Source of the DNA: the human T2T-CHM13v2.0 reference genome, Homo sapiens
Reading direction: 5' to 3' (one strand)
Assembly (NCBI RefSeq): GCF_009914755.1
Contig: NC_060931.1
DNA: 64,000 nt
The notes beneath the pieces were generated by a model. That model saw only the letters and a program-made list of their open reading frames with translations. It had not been told where the DNA came from and searched no databases. Positions 1-13,600 of the stretch are shown one piece after another. A program made the translations under genes and the position numbers. Positions within the stretch are counted from its first letter, which is position 1. The number at the start of each line of letters is the position of its first letter.

Positions 1-233
1 GAGCAGATTTGAAACACTCTCGCTGTGGAATTTTCAGGTGGAGATTTCAAGCGATTTGAGGACAATTGCAGAAAAGGAAATATCTTCGTATAATTACCAG
101 ACAGAATCATTCTCAGAAAGTGCTTTGGGTTGTGTGCGTTCAACTCACAGAGTTTAACCTTTCTTTTCATAGAGGAGTTTGGAAACACACTGTTTGTAAA
201 GTCTGCAATTGGATATATGGACCTGTTTGAGGC

Positions 234-250
234 CTCCGTTGGAAACGGGA
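234..250 (+). other. CENP-B box 'A' (first of three per HOR), here the variant CTCCGTTGGAAACGGGA with a core T>C change
   Basis: The core nTTCGnnnnAnnCGGGn is altered to TCCG. The intact form CTTCGTTGGAAACGGGA occurs at the same HOR position elsewhere, e.g. 2278. Confidence 0.9.
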
Positions 251-573
251 TTTCTTCATTGAATGCTAGACGGAAGAATTCTCAGTAAATTCTTTGTGTT
301 GTGTGCATTCAACTCACAGAGTGGAACGTCCCTTTAGACAGAGCAGATTTGAAACACTCTTTTTGCGGAATTTGCAAGTGGAGATTTCTAGCCATTTGAT
401 GCCAACAGTAGAAAGGGAAATATCTTCAAATAAAAACCAGACAGAATCATTCTCAAAAAATTCTTTGTGATGTGTGCGTTCAACTCACATAGTTTAACCT
501 TTCTTTTCATAGAGCAGTTTGGAAACACTCTGTTTGTAAAGTCTGCAAGTGGATATATGGACCGCATTGAGGC

Positions 574-590
574 CTTCGTTGGAAACGGGA
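574..590 (+). other. CENP-B box 'B', canonical CTTCGTTGGAAACGGGA (one per HOR)
   Basis: Exact match to the YTTCGTTGGAARCGGGA consensus; 340 bp downstream of box A. Confidence 0.97.
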
Positions 591-742
591 TTTCTTCATT
601 TCATGCTAGACAGAAGAATTCTCAGTAACTTCTTTGTGCTGCGTGTATTCAACTCACAGAGTGGAACGTCCCTTTGCACAGAGCAGATTTGAAACACTCT
701 TTTTGTGGAGTTTGCAAGTGGAGATTTCAAGCGATTTGATGC

Positions 743-759
743 CAACAGTAGAAAAGGAA
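743..759 (-). other. A-box / pJalpha-type motif in the monomers lacking a CENP-B box (representative)
   Basis: CAACAGTAGAAAAGGAA (reverse complement TTCCTTTTCTACTGTTG) occupies the position equivalent to the CENP-B box in alternating A-type monomers. Protein binding cannot be shown from sequence. Confidence 0.55.
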
Positions 760-806
760 ATATCTTCAAATAAAAACTAGACAGAATCATTCTCAGAAAC
801 TACTTT

Positions 807-1828
807 GTGATGTGTGCCTTCAACTCACAGAGTTTAACCTTTCTTTTCTTAGAGCAGTTTAGAAACACTCTGCTTGTTATGTCTGCAAGTGGATATTTGG
901 ACCTCTTTGAGGCCTTCGTTGCAAACGGGGTTTCTTCCTTTAATGCTAGACTAAGAAGAGTTCTCAGTAACTTTTTTGTGTTGTGTGTATTCAACTCACA
1001 GAGTTGAACCATGCTTTAGAGAGAGCAGATTTGAAACACTCTTGCTGTGGAATTTTCAGGTGGAGATTTCAAGCGATTTGAGGACAATTGCAGAAAAGGA
1101 AATATCTTCGTATAATAACCAGACAGAATCATTCTCAGAAAGTGCTTTGTGATGTGTGCGTTCAACTCACAGAGTTTAACCTTTCTTTTCATAGAGGAGC
1201 TTGGAAACACACTGTTTGTAAAGTCTGCAATTGGATATACAGACCTGTTTGAGGCCTCCGTTGGAAACGGGATTTCTTCATTGAATGCTAGACGGAAGAA
1301 TTCTCAGTAAATTCTTTGTGTTGTGTGCATTGAACTCACAGAGTGGAACGTCCCTTTAGACAGAGCAGATTTGAAACACTCTTTTTGCGGAATTTGCAAG
1401 TGGAGATTTCTAGCCATTTGATGTCAACAGTAGAAAGGGAAATATCTTCAAATAAAAACCAGACAGAATCATTCTCAGAAAATTCTTTGTGATGTGTGCG
1501 TTCAACTCACATAGTTTAACCTTTCTTTTCATAGAGCAGTTTGGAAACACTCTGTTTGTAAAGTCTGCAAGTGGATATATGGACCGCATTGAGGCCTTCG
1601 TTGGAAACGGGATTTCTTCATTTCATGCTAGACAGAAGAATTCTCAGTAACTTCTTTGTGCTGTGTGTATTCAACTCACAGAGTGGAACGTCCCTTTGCA
1701 CAGAGCAGATTTGAAACACTCTTTTTGTGGAGTTTGCAAGTGGAGATTTCAAGCGATTTGATGCCAACAGTAGAAAAGGAAATATCTTCAAATAAAAACT
1801 AGACAGAATCATTCTCAGAAACTACTTT
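807..1828 (+). repeat. Representative canonical 6-monomer HOR unit (1022 bp; arbitrary phase)
   Basis: The anchor GTGATGTGTGCC recurs at 807 and 1829. Of 65 anchor-to-anchor intervals in the window, 58 are 1020-1022 bp, 4 are 682 bp and 3 are 342 bp. Confidence 0.97.
914..930 (+). other. CENP-B box 'C', CTTCGTTGCAAACGGGG (one per HOR; nine core bases retained)
   Basis: Fits nTTCGnnnnAnnCGGGn with changes only at non-core positions 9 and 17; 340 bp after box B and 342 bp before the next box A (1256). Confidence 0.9.
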
Positions 1829-4800
1829 GTGATGTGTGCCTTCAACTCACAGAGTTTAACCTTTCTTTTCTTAGAGCAGTTTAGAAACACTCTGCTTGTT
1901 ATGTCTGCAAGTGGATATTTGGACCTCTTTGAGGCCTTCGTTGCAAACGGGGTTTCTTCCTTTCATGCTAGACTAAGAAGAGTTCTCAGTAACTTTTTTG
2001 TGTTGTGTGTATTCAACTCACAGAGTTGAACCTTGCTTTAGAGAGAGCAGATTTGAAACACTCTTGCTGTGGCATTTTCAGGTGGAGATTTCAAGCGATT
2101 TGAGGACAATTGCAGAAAAGGAAATATCTTCGTATAATAACCAGACAGAATCATTCTCAGAAAGTGCTTTGTGATGTGTGCGTTCAACTCACAGAGTTTA
2201 ACCTTTCTTTTCATAGAGGAGTTTGGAAACACACTGTTTGTAAAGTCTGCAATTGGATATATGGACCTGTTTGAGGCCTTCGTTGGAAACGGGATTTCTT
2301 CATTGAATGCTAGACGGAAGAATTCTCAGTAAATTCTTTGTGTTGTGTGCATTCAACTCACAGAGTGGAACGTCCCTTTAGACAGAGCAGATTTGAAACA
2401 CTCTTTTTGCGGAATTTGCAAGTGGAGATTTCTAGCCATTTGATGCCAACAGTAGAAAGGGAAATATCTTCAAATAAAAAGCAGACAGAATCATTCTCAG
2501 AAAATTCTTTGTGATGTGTGCGTTCAACTCACATAGTTTAACCGTTCTTTTCATAGAGCAGTTTGGAAACACTCTGTTTGTAAAGTCTGCAAGTGGATAT
2601 ATGGACCGCATTGAGGCCTTCGTTGGAAACGGGATTTCTTCATTTCATGCTAGACAGAAGAATTCTCAGTAACTTCTTTATGCTGTGTGTATTCAACTCA
2701 CAGAGTGGAACGTCCCTTTGCACAGAGCAGATTTGAAACACTCTTTTTGTGGAGTTTGCAAGTGGAGATTTCAAGCGATTTGATGCCAACAGTAGAAAAG
2801 GAAATATCTTCAAATAAAAACTAGACAGAATCATTCTCAGAAACTACTTTGTGATGTGTGCCTTTAACTCACAGAGTTTAACCTTTCTTTTCTTAGAGCA
2901 GTTTAGAAACACTCTGCTTGTTATGTCTGCAAGTGGATATTTGGACCTCTTTGAGGCCTTCGTTGCAAACGGGGTTTCTTCCTTTAATGCTAGACTAAGA
3001 AGAGTTCTCAGTAACTTTTTTGTGTTGTGTGTATTCAACTCACAGAGTTGAACCTTGCTTTAGAGAGGGCAGATTTGAAACACTCTCGCTGTGGAATTTT
3101 CAGGTGGAGATTTCAAGCGATTTGAGGACAATTGCAGAAAAGGAAATATCTTCGTATAATTACCAGACAGAATCATTCTCAGAAAGTGCTTTGGGTTGTG
3201 TGCGTTCAACTCACAGAGTTTAACCTTTCTTTTCATAGAGGAGTTTGGAAACACACTGTTTGTAAAGTCTGCAATTGGATATATGGACCTGTTTGAGGCC
3301 TCCGTTGGAAACGGGATTTCTTCATTGAATGCTAGACGGAAGAATTCTCAGTAAATTCTTTGTGTTGTGTGCATTCAACTCACAGAGTGGAACGTCCCTT
3401 TAGACAGAGCAGATTTGAAACACTCTTTTTGCGGAATTTGCAAGTGGAGATTTCTAGCCATTTGATGCCAACAGTAGAAAGGGAAATATCTTCAAATAAA
3501 AACCAGACAGAATCATTCTCAAAAAATTCTTTGTGATGTGTGCGTTCAACTCACATAGTTTAACCTTTCTTTTCATAGAGCAGTTTGGAAACACTCTGTT
3601 TGTAAAGTCTGCAAGTGGATATATGGACCGCATTGAGGCCTTCGTTGGAAACGGGATTTCTTCATTTCATGCTAGACAGAAGAATTCTCAGTAACTTCTT
3701 TGTGCTGCGTGTATTCAACTCACAGAGTGGAACGTCCCTTTGCACAGAGCAGATTTGAAACACTCTTTTTGTGGAGTTTGCAAGTGGAGATTTCAAGCGA
3801 TTTGTTGCCAACAGTAGAAAAGGAAATATCTTCAAATAAAAACTAGACAGAATCATTCTCAGAAACTACTTTGTGATGTGTGCCTTCAACTCACAGAGTT
3901 TAACCTTTCTTTTCTTAGAGCAGTTTAGAAACACTCTGCTTGTTATGTCTGCAAGTGGATATTTGGACCTCTTTGAGGCCTTCGTTGCAAACGGGGTTTC
4001 TTCCTTTAATGCTAGACTAAGAAGAGTTCTCAGTAACTTTTTTGTGTTGTGTGTATTCAACTCACAGAGTTGAACCATGCTTTAGAGAGAGCAGATTTGA
4101 AACACTCTTGCTGTGGAATTTTCAGGTGGAGATTTCAAGCGATTTGAGGACAATTGCAGAAAAGGAAATATCTTCGTATAATAACCAGACAGAATCATTC
4201 TCAGAAAGTGCTTCGTGATGTGTGCGTTCAACTCACAGAGTTTAACCTTTCTTTTCATAGAGGAGCTTGGAAACACACTGTTTGTAAAGTCTGCAATTGG
4301 ATATACAGACCTGTTTGAGGCCTCCGTTGGAAACGGGATTTCTTCATTGAATGCTAGACGGAAGAATTCTCAGTAAATTCTTTGTGTTGTGTGCATTGAA
4401 CTCACAGAGTGGAACGTCCCTTTAGACAGAGCAGATTTGAAACACTCTTTTTGCGGAATTTGCAAGTGGAGATTTCTAGCCATTTGATGTCAACAGTAGA
4501 AAGGGAAATATCTTCAAATAAAAACCAGACAGAATCATTCTCAGAAAATTCTTTGTGATGTGTGCGTTCAACTCACATAGTTTAACCTTTCTTTTCATAG
4601 AGCAGTTTGGAAACACTCTGTTTGTAAAGTCTGCAAGTGGATATATGGACCGCATTGAGGCCTTCGTTGGAAACGGGATTTCTTCATTTCATGCTAGACA
4701 GAAGAATTCTCAGTAACTTCTTTGTGCTGTGTGTATTCAACTCACAGAGTGGAACGTCCCTTTGCACAGAGCAGATTTGAAACACTCTTTTTGTGGAGTT

Positions 4801-6937
4801 TGCAAGTGGAGATTTCAAGCGATTTGATGCCAACAGTAGAAAAGGAAATATCTTCAAATAAAAACTAGACAGAATCATTCTCAGAAACTACTTTGTGATG
4901 TGTGCCTTCAACTCACAGAGTTTAACCTTTCTTTTCTTAGAGCAGTTTAGAAACACTCTGCTTGTTATGTCTGCAAGTGGATATTTGGACCTCTTTGAGG
5001 CCTTCGTTGCAAACGGGGTTTCTTCCTTTCATGCTAGACTAAGAAGAGTTCTCAGTAACTTTTTTGTGTTGTGTGTATTCAACTCACAGAGTTGAACCTT
5101 GCTTTAGAGAGAGCAGATTTGAAACACTCTTGCTGTGGCATTTTCAGGTGGAGATTTCAAGCGATTTGAGGACAATTGCAGAAAAGGAAATATCTTCGTA
5201 TAATAACCAGACAGAATCATTCTCAGAAAGTGCTTTGTGATGTGTGCGTTCAACTCACAGAGTTTAACCTTTCTTTTCATAGAGGAGTTTGGAAACACAC
5301 TGTTTGTAAAGTCTGCAATTGGATATATGGACCTGTTTGAGGCCTTCGTTGGAAACGGGATTTCTTCATTGAATGCTAGACGGAAGAATTCTCAGTAAAT
5401 TCTTTGTGTTGTGTGCATTCAACTCACAGAGTGGAACGTCCCTTTAGACAGAGCAGATTTGAAACACTTTTTGGCGGAATTTGCAAGTGGAGATTTCTAG
5501 CCATTTGATGCCAACAGTAGAAAGGGAAATATCTTCAAATAAAAAGCAGACAGAATCATTCTCAGAAAATTCTTTGTGATGTGTGCGTTCAACTCACATA
5601 GTTTAACCGTTCTTTTCATAGAGCAGTTTGGAAACACTCTGTTTGTAAAGTCTGCAAGTGGATATATGGACCGCATTGAGGCCTTCGTTGGAAACGGGAT
5701 TTCTTCATTTCATGCTAGACAGAAGAATTCTCAGTAACTTCTTTGTGCTGTGTGTATTCAACTCACAGAGTGGAACGTCCCTTTGCACAGAGCAGATTTG
5801 AAACACTCTTTTTGTGGAGTTTGCAAGTGGAGATTTCAAGCGATTTGATGCCAACAGTAGAAAAGGAAATATCTTCAAATAAAAACTAGACAGAATCATT
5901 CTCAGAAACTACTTTGTGATGTGTGCCTTTAACTCACAGAGTTTAACCTTTCTTTTCTTAGAGCAGTTTAGAAACACTCTGCTTGTTATGTCTGCAAGTG
6001 GATATTTGGACCTCTTTGAGGCCTTCGTTGCAAACGGGGTTTCTTCCTTTAATGCTAGACTAAGAAAAGTTCTCAGTAACTTTTTTGTGTTGTGTGTATT
6101 CAACTCACAGAGTTGAACCTTGCTTTAGAGAGAGCAGATTTGAAACACTCTCGCTGTGGAATTTTCAGGTGGAGATTTCAAGCGATTTGAGGACAATTGC
6201 AAAAAAGGAAATATCTTCGTATAATTACCAGACAGAATCATTCTCAGAAAGTGCTTTGGGTTGTGTGCGTTCAACTCACAGAGTTTAACCTTTCTTTTCA
6301 TAGAGGAGTTTGGAAACACACTGTTTGTAAAGTCTGCAATTGGATATATGCACCTGTTTGAGGCCTCCGTTGGAAACGGGATTTCTTCATTGAATGCTAG
6401 ACGGAAGAATTCTCAGTAAATTCTTTGTGTTGTGTGCATTCAACTCACAGAGTGGAACGTCCCTTTAGACAGAGCAGATTTGAAACACTCTTTTTGCGGA
6501 ATTTGCAAGTGGAGATTTCTAGCCATTTGATGCCAACAGTAGAAAGGGAAATATCTTCAAATAAAAACCAGACAGAATCATTCTCAGAAAATTCTTTGTG
6601 ATGTGTGCGTTCAACTCACATAGTTTAACCTTTCTTTTCATAGAGCAGTTTGGAAACACTCTGTTTGTAAAGTCTGCAAGTGGATATATGGACCGCATTG
6701 AGGCCTTCGTTGGAAACGGGATTTCTTCATTTCATGCTAGACAGAAGAATTCTCAGTAACTTCTTTGTGCTGCGTGTATTCAACTCACAGAGTGGAACGT
6801 CCCTTTGCACAGAGCAGATTTGAAACACTCTTTTTGTGGAGTTTGCAAGTGGAGATTTCAAGCGATTTGATGCCAACAGTAGAAAAGGAAATATCTTCAA
6901 ATAAAAACTAGACAGAATCATTCTCAGAAACTACTTT

Positions 6938-7619
6938 GTGATGTGTGCCTTCAACTCACAGAGTTTAACCTTTCTTTTCTTAGAGCAGTTTAGAAACACT
7001 CTGCTTGTTATGTCTGCAAGTGGATATTTGGACCTCTTTGAGGCCTTCGTTGCAAACGGGGTTTCTTCCTTTCATGCTAGACTAAGAAGAGTTCTCAGTA
7101 ACTTTTTTGTGTTGTGTGTATTCAACTCACAGAGTTGAACCTTGCTTTAGAGAGAGCAGATTTGAAACACTCTTGCTGTGGCATTTTCAGGTGGAGATTT
7201 CAAGCGATTTGAGGACAATTGCAGAAAAGGAAATATCTTCGTATAATAACCAGACAGAATCATTCTCAGAAAGTGCTTTGTGATGTGTGCGTTCAACTCA
7301 CAGAGTTTAAACTTTCTTTTCATAGAGGAGTTTGGAAACACACTGTTTGTAAAGTCTGCAAGTGGATATATGGACCTGTTTGAGGCCTTCGTTGGAAACG
7401 GGATTTCTTCATTGAATTCTAGACGGAAGAATTCTCAGTAAATTCTTTGTGTTGTGTGCATTCAACTCACAGAGTGGAACGTCCCTTTAGACAGAGCAGA
7501 TTTGAAACACTCTTTTTGTGGAGTTTGCAAGTGGAGATTTCAAGCGATTTGATGCCAACAGTAGAAAAGGAAATATCTTCAAATAAAAACTAGACAGAAT
7601 CATTCTCAGAAACTACTTT
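6938..7619 (+). repeat. 4-mer HOR variant (682 bp) lacking the box-B dimer; junction ~7491-7518
   Basis: Anchor spacing is 682 bp. A hybrid monomer switches from CCCTTTAGAC (post-box-A type) to TTTTTGTGGAGTTTG (post-box-B type). Confidence 0.93.
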
Positions 7620-10600
7620 GTGATGTGTGCCTTCAACTCACAGAGTTTAACCTTTCTTTTCTTAGAGCAGTTTAGAAACACTCTGCTTGTTATGTCTGCA
7701 AGTGGATATTTGGACCTCTTTGAGGCCTTCGTTGCAAACGGGGTTTCTTCCTTTCATGCTAGACTAAGAAGAGTTCTCAGTAACTTTTTTGTGTTGTGTG
7801 TATTCAACTCACAGAGTTGAACCTTGCTTTAGAGAGAGCAGATTTGAAACACTCTTGCTGTGGCATTTTCAGGTGGAGATTTCAAGCGATTTGAGGACAA
7901 TTGCAGAAAAGGAAATATCTTCGTATAATAACCAGACAGAATCATTCTCAGAAAGTGCTTTGTGATGTGTGCGTTCAACTCACAGAGTTTAACCTTTCTT
8001 TTCATAGAGGAGCTTGGAAACACACTGTTTGTAATGTCTGCAATTGGATATATGGACCTGTTTGAGGCCTCCGTTGGAAACGGGATTTCTTCATTGAATG
8101 CTAGACGGAAGAATTCTCAGTAAATTCTTTGTGTTGTGTGCATTGAACTCACAGAGTGGAACGTCCCTTTAGACAGAGCAGATTTGAAACACTTTTTGGC
8201 GGAATTTGCAAGTGGAGATTTTTAGCCCTTTGATGCCAACAGTAGAAAGGGAAATATCTTCAAATAAAAACCAGACAGAATCATTCTCAGAAAATTCTTT
8301 GTGATGTGTGCGTTCAACTCACATAGTTTAACCTTTCTTTTCATAGAGCAGTTTGGAAACACTCTGTTTGTAAAGTCTGCAAGTGGATATATGGACCGCA
8401 TTGAGGCCTTCGTTGGAAACGGGATTTCTTCATTTCATGCTAGACAGAAGAATTCTCAGTAACTTCTTTGTGCTGTGTGTATTCAACTCACAGAGTGGAA
8501 CGTCCCTTTGCACAGAGCAGATTTGAAACACTCTTTTTGTGGAGTTTGCAAGTGGAGATTTCAAGCGATTTGATGCCAACAGTAGAAAAGGAAGTATCTT
8601 CAAATAAAAACTAGACAGAATCATTCTCAGAAACTACTTTGTGATGTGTGCCTTCAACTCACCGAGTTTAACCTTTCTTTTCTGAGAGCAGCTTAGAAAC
8701 ACTCTGCTTGTTATGTCTGCAAGTTGATATTTGGACCTCTTTGAGGCCTTCGTTGCAAACGGGGATTCTTCCTTTAATGCTAGACTAAGAAGAGTTCTCA
8801 GTAACTTTTTTGTGTTGTGTGTATTCAACTCACAGAGTTGAACCTTGCTTTAGAGAGAGCAGATTTGAAACACTCTTGCTGTGGCATTTTCAGGTGGAGA
8901 TTTCAAGCGATTTGAGGACAATTGCAGAAAAGGAAATATCTTCGTATAATAACCAGACAGAATCATTCTCAGAAAGTGCTTTGTGATGTGTGCGTTCAAC
9001 TCACAGAGTTTAACCTTTCTTTTCATAGAGGAGTTTGGAAACACACTGTTTGTAATGTCTGCAATTGGATATATGGACCTGTTTGAGGCCTTCGTTGGAA
9101 ACGGGATTTCTTCATTGAATGCTAGACGGAAGAATTCTCAGTAAATTCTTTGTGTTGTGTGCATTCAACTCACAGAGTGGAACGTCCCTTTAGACAGAGC
9201 AGATTTGAAACACTTTTTGGCGGAATTTGCAAGTGGAGATTTCTAGCCATTTGATGCCAACAGTAGAAAGGGAAATATCTTCAAATAAAAACCAGACAGA
9301 ATCATTCTCAGAAAATTCTTTGTGATGTGTGCGTTCAACTCACATAGTTTAACCTTTCTTTTCATAGAGCAGTTTGGAAACACTCTGTTTGTAAAGTCTG
9401 CTAGTGGATATATGGACCGCATTGAGGCCTTCGTTGGAAACGGGATTTCTTCATTTCATGCTAGACAGAAGAATTCTCAGTAACTTCTTTGTGCTGTGTG
9501 TATTCAACTCACAGAGTGGAACGTCCCTTTACACAGAGCAGATTTGAAACACTCTTTTTGTGGAGTTTGCAAGTGGAGATTTCAAGCGATTTGATGCCAA
9601 CAGTAGAAAAGGAAATATCTTCAAATAAAAACTAGACAGAATCATTCTCAGAAACTACTTTGTGATGTGTGCCTTCAACTCACAGAGTTTAACCTTTCTT
9701 TTCTTAGAGCAGTTTAGAAACACTCTGCTTGTTATGTCTGCAAGTGGATATTTGGACCTCTTTGAGGCCTTCGTTGCAAACGGGGTTTCTTCCTTTAATG
9801 CTAGACTAAGAAGAGTTCTCAGTAACTTTTTTGTGTTGTGTGTATTCAACTCACAGAGTTGAACCTTGCTTTAGAGAGAGCAGATTTGAAACACTCTCGC
9901 TGTGGAATTTTCAGGTGGAGATTTCAAGCGATTTGAGGACAATTGCAGAAAAGGAAATATCTTCGTATAATAACCAGACAGAATCATTCTCAGAAAGTGC
10001 TTTGTGATGTGTGCGTTCAACTCACAGAGTTTAACCTTTCTTTTCATAGAGGAGTTTGGAAACACACTGTTTGTAAAGTCTGCAATTGGATATATGGACC
10101 TGTTTGAGGCCTTCGTTGGAAACGGGATTTCTTCATTGAATGCTAGACGGAAGGATTCTCAGTAAATTCTTTGTGTTGTGTGCATTCAACTCACAGAGTG
10201 GAACGTCCCTTTAGACAGAGCAGATTTGAAACACTCTTTTTGCGGAATTTGCAAGTGGAGATTTCTAGCCATTTGATGCCAACAGTAGAAAGGGAAATAT
10301 CTTCAAATAAAAACCAGACAGAATCATTCTCAGAAAATTCTTTGTGATGTGTGCGTTCAACTCACATAGTTTAACCTTTCTTTTCATAGAGCAGTTTGGA
10401 AACACTCTGTTTGTAAAGTCTGCAAGTGGATATATGGACCGCATTGAGGCCTTCGTTGGAAACGGGATTTCTTCATTTCATGCTAGACAGAAGAATTCTC
10501 AGTAACTTCTTTGTGCCGTGTGTATTCAACTCACAGAGTGGAACGTCCCTTTGCACAGAGCAGATTTGAAACACTCTTTTTGTGGAGTTTGCAAGTGGAG

Positions 10601-13600
10601 ATTTCAAGCGATTTGATGCCAACAGTAGAAAAGGAAATATCTTCAAATAAAAACTAGACAGAATCATTCTCAGAAACTACTTTGTGATGTGTGCCTTCAA
10701 CTCACAGAGTTTAACCTTTCTTTTCTTAGAGCAGTTTAGAAACACTCTGCTTGTTATGTCTGCAAGTGGATATTTGGACCTCTTTGAGGCCTTCGTTGCA
10801 AACGGGGTTTCTTCCTTTAATGCTAGACTAAGAACAGTTCTCAGTAACTTTTTTGTGTTGTGTGTATTCAACTCACAGAGTTGAACCTTGCTTTAGAGAG
10901 AGCAGATTTGAAACACTCTCGCTGTGGAATTTTCAGGTGGAGATTTCAAGCGATTTGAGGACAATTGCAGAAAAGGAAATATCTTCGTATAATAACCAGA
11001 CAGAATCATTCTCAGAAAGTGCTTTGTGATGTGTGCGTTCAACTCACAGAGTTTAACCTTTCTTTTCATAGAGGAGTTTGGAAACACACTGTTTGTAAAG
11101 TCTGCAATTGGATATATGGACCTGTTTGAGGCCTTCGTTGGAAACGGGATTTCTTCATTGAATGCTAGACGGAAGAATTCTCAGTAAATTCTTTGTGTTG
11201 TGTGCATTCAACTCACAGAGTGGAACGTCCCTTTAGACAGAGCAGATTTGAAACACTCTTTTTGCGGAATTTGCAAGTGGAGATTTCTAGCCATTTGATG
11301 CCAACAGTAGAAAGGGAAATATCTTCAAATAAAAACCAGACAGAATCATTCTCAGAAAATTCTTTGTGATGTGTGCGTTCAACTCACATAGTTTAACCTT
11401 TCTTTTCATAGAGCAGTTTGGAAACACTCTGTTTGTAAAGTCTGCAAGTGGATATATGGACCGCATTGAGGCCTTCGTTGGAAACGGGATTTCTTCATTT
11501 CATGCTAGACAGAAGAATTCTCAGTAACTTCTTTGTGCTGTGTGTATTCAACTCACAGAGTGGAACGTCCCTTTGCACAGAGCAGATTTGAAACACTCTT
11601 TTTGTGGAGTTTGCAAGTGGAGATTTCAAGCGATTTAATGCCAACAGTAGGAAAGGAAATATCTTCAAATAAAAACTAGACAGAATCATTCTCAGAAACT
11701 ACTTTGTGATGTGTGCCTTCAACTCACAGAGTTTAACCTTTCTTTTCTTAGAGCAGTTTAGAAACACTCTGCTTGTTATGTCTGCAAGTGGATATTTGGA
11801 CCTCTTTGAGGCCTTCGTTGCAAACAGGGTTTCTTCCTTTAATGCTAGACTAAGAAGAGTTCTCAGTAACTTTTTTGTGTTGTGTGTATTCAACTCACAG
11901 AGTTGAACCTTGCTTTAGAGAGAGCAGATTTGAAACACTCTTGCTGTGGCATTTTCAGGTGGAGATTTCAAGCGATTTGAGGACAATTGCAGAAAAGGAA
12001 ATATCTTCGTATAATAACCAGACAGAATCATTCTCAGAAAGTGCTTTGTGATGTGTGCGTTCAACTCACAGAGTTTAACCTTTCTTTTCATAGAGGAGTT
12101 TGGAAACACACTGTTTGTAAAGTCTGCAATTGGATATATGGACCTGTTTGAGGCCTTCATTGGAAACGGGATTTCTTCATTGAATGCTAGACGGAAGAAT
12201 TCTCAGTAAATTCTTTGTGTTGTGTGCATTCAACTCACAGAGTGGAACGTCCCTTTAGACAGAGCAGATTTGAAACACTCTTTTTGCGGAATTTGCAAGT
12301 GGAGATTTCTAGCCATTTGATGCCAACAGTAGAAAGGGAAATATCTTCAAATAAAAACCAGACAGAATCATTCTCAGAAAATTCTTTGTGATGTGTGCGT
12401 TCAACTCACATAGTTTAACCTTTCTTTTCATAGAGCAGTTTGGAAACACTCTGTTTGTAAAGTCTGCAAGTGGATATATGGACCGCATTGAGGCCTTCGT
12501 TGGAAACGGGATTTCTTCATTTCATGCTAGACAGAAGAATTCTCAGTAACTTCTTTGTGCTGTGTGTATTCAACTCACAGTGGAACGTCCCTTTACACAG
12601 AGCAGATTTGAAACACTCTTTTTGTGGAGTTTGCAAGTGGAGATTTCAAGCGATTTGATGCCAACAGTAGAAAAGGAAATATCTTCAAATAAAAACTAGA
12701 CAGAATCATTCTCAGAAACTACTTTGTGATGTGTGCCTTCAACTCACAGAGTTTAACCTTTCTTTTCTTAGAGCAGTTTAGAAACACTCTGCTTGTTATG
12801 TCTGCAAGTGGATATTTGGACCTCTTTGAGGCCTTCGTTGCAAACGGGGTTTCTTCCTTTCATGCTAGACTAAGAAGAGTTCTCAGTAACTTTTTTGTGT
12901 TGTGTGTATTCAACTCACAGAGTTGAACCTTGCTTTAGAGAGAGCAGATTTGAAACACTCTTGCTGTGGCATTTTCAGGTGGAGATTTCAAGCGATTTGA
13001 GGACAATTGCAGAAAAGGAAATTTCTTCGTATAATAACCAGACAGAATCATTCTCAGAAAGTGCTTTGTGATGTGTGCGTTCAACTCACAGAGTTTAACC
13101 TTTCTTTTCATAGAGGAGTTTGGAAACACACTGTTTGTAAAGTCTGCAATTGGATATATGGACCTGTTTGAGGCCTTCGTTTGAAACGGGATTTCTTCAT
13201 TGAATGCTAGACGGAAGAATTCTCAGTAAATTCTTTGTGTTGTGTGCATTCAACTCACAGAGTGGAACGTCCCTTTAGACAGAGCAGATTTGAAACACTC
13301 TTTTTGCGGAATTTGCAAGTGGAGATTTCTAGCCATTTGATGCCAACAGTAGAAAGGGAAATATCTTCAAATAAAAACCAGACAGAATCATTCTCAGAAA
13401 ATTCTTTGTGATGTGTGCGTTCAACTCACATAGTTTAACCTTTCTTTTCATAGAGCAGTTTGGAAACACTCTGTTTGTAGAGTCTGCAAGTGGATATATG
13501 GACCGCATTGAGGCCTTCGTTGGAAACGGGATTTCTTCATTTCATGCTAGACAGAAGAATTCTCAGTAACTTCTTTGTGCTGTGTGTATTCAACTCACAG

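Larger units (their letters stand above)
1..7070 (+). repeat. Tandem 3-HOR (3066 bp) super-repeat, about 2.3 copies visible
   Basis: TTGGGTTGTG (~125, ~3191, ~6256), GCTGCGTG (~638, ~3704, ~6769), AACCATGC (~1007, ~4073), GATATACAG (~1234, ~4300), AAAAGCAGAC and AACCGTTC (~2.5k, ~5.6k) recur at 3065-3066 bp. Confidence 0.9.

Noticed and set aside
1111-1116. TATAAT once per HOR, resembling a bacterial -10 or TATA-like element
   Set aside because: A chance hexamer in AT-rich eukaryotic satellite with no promoter context.
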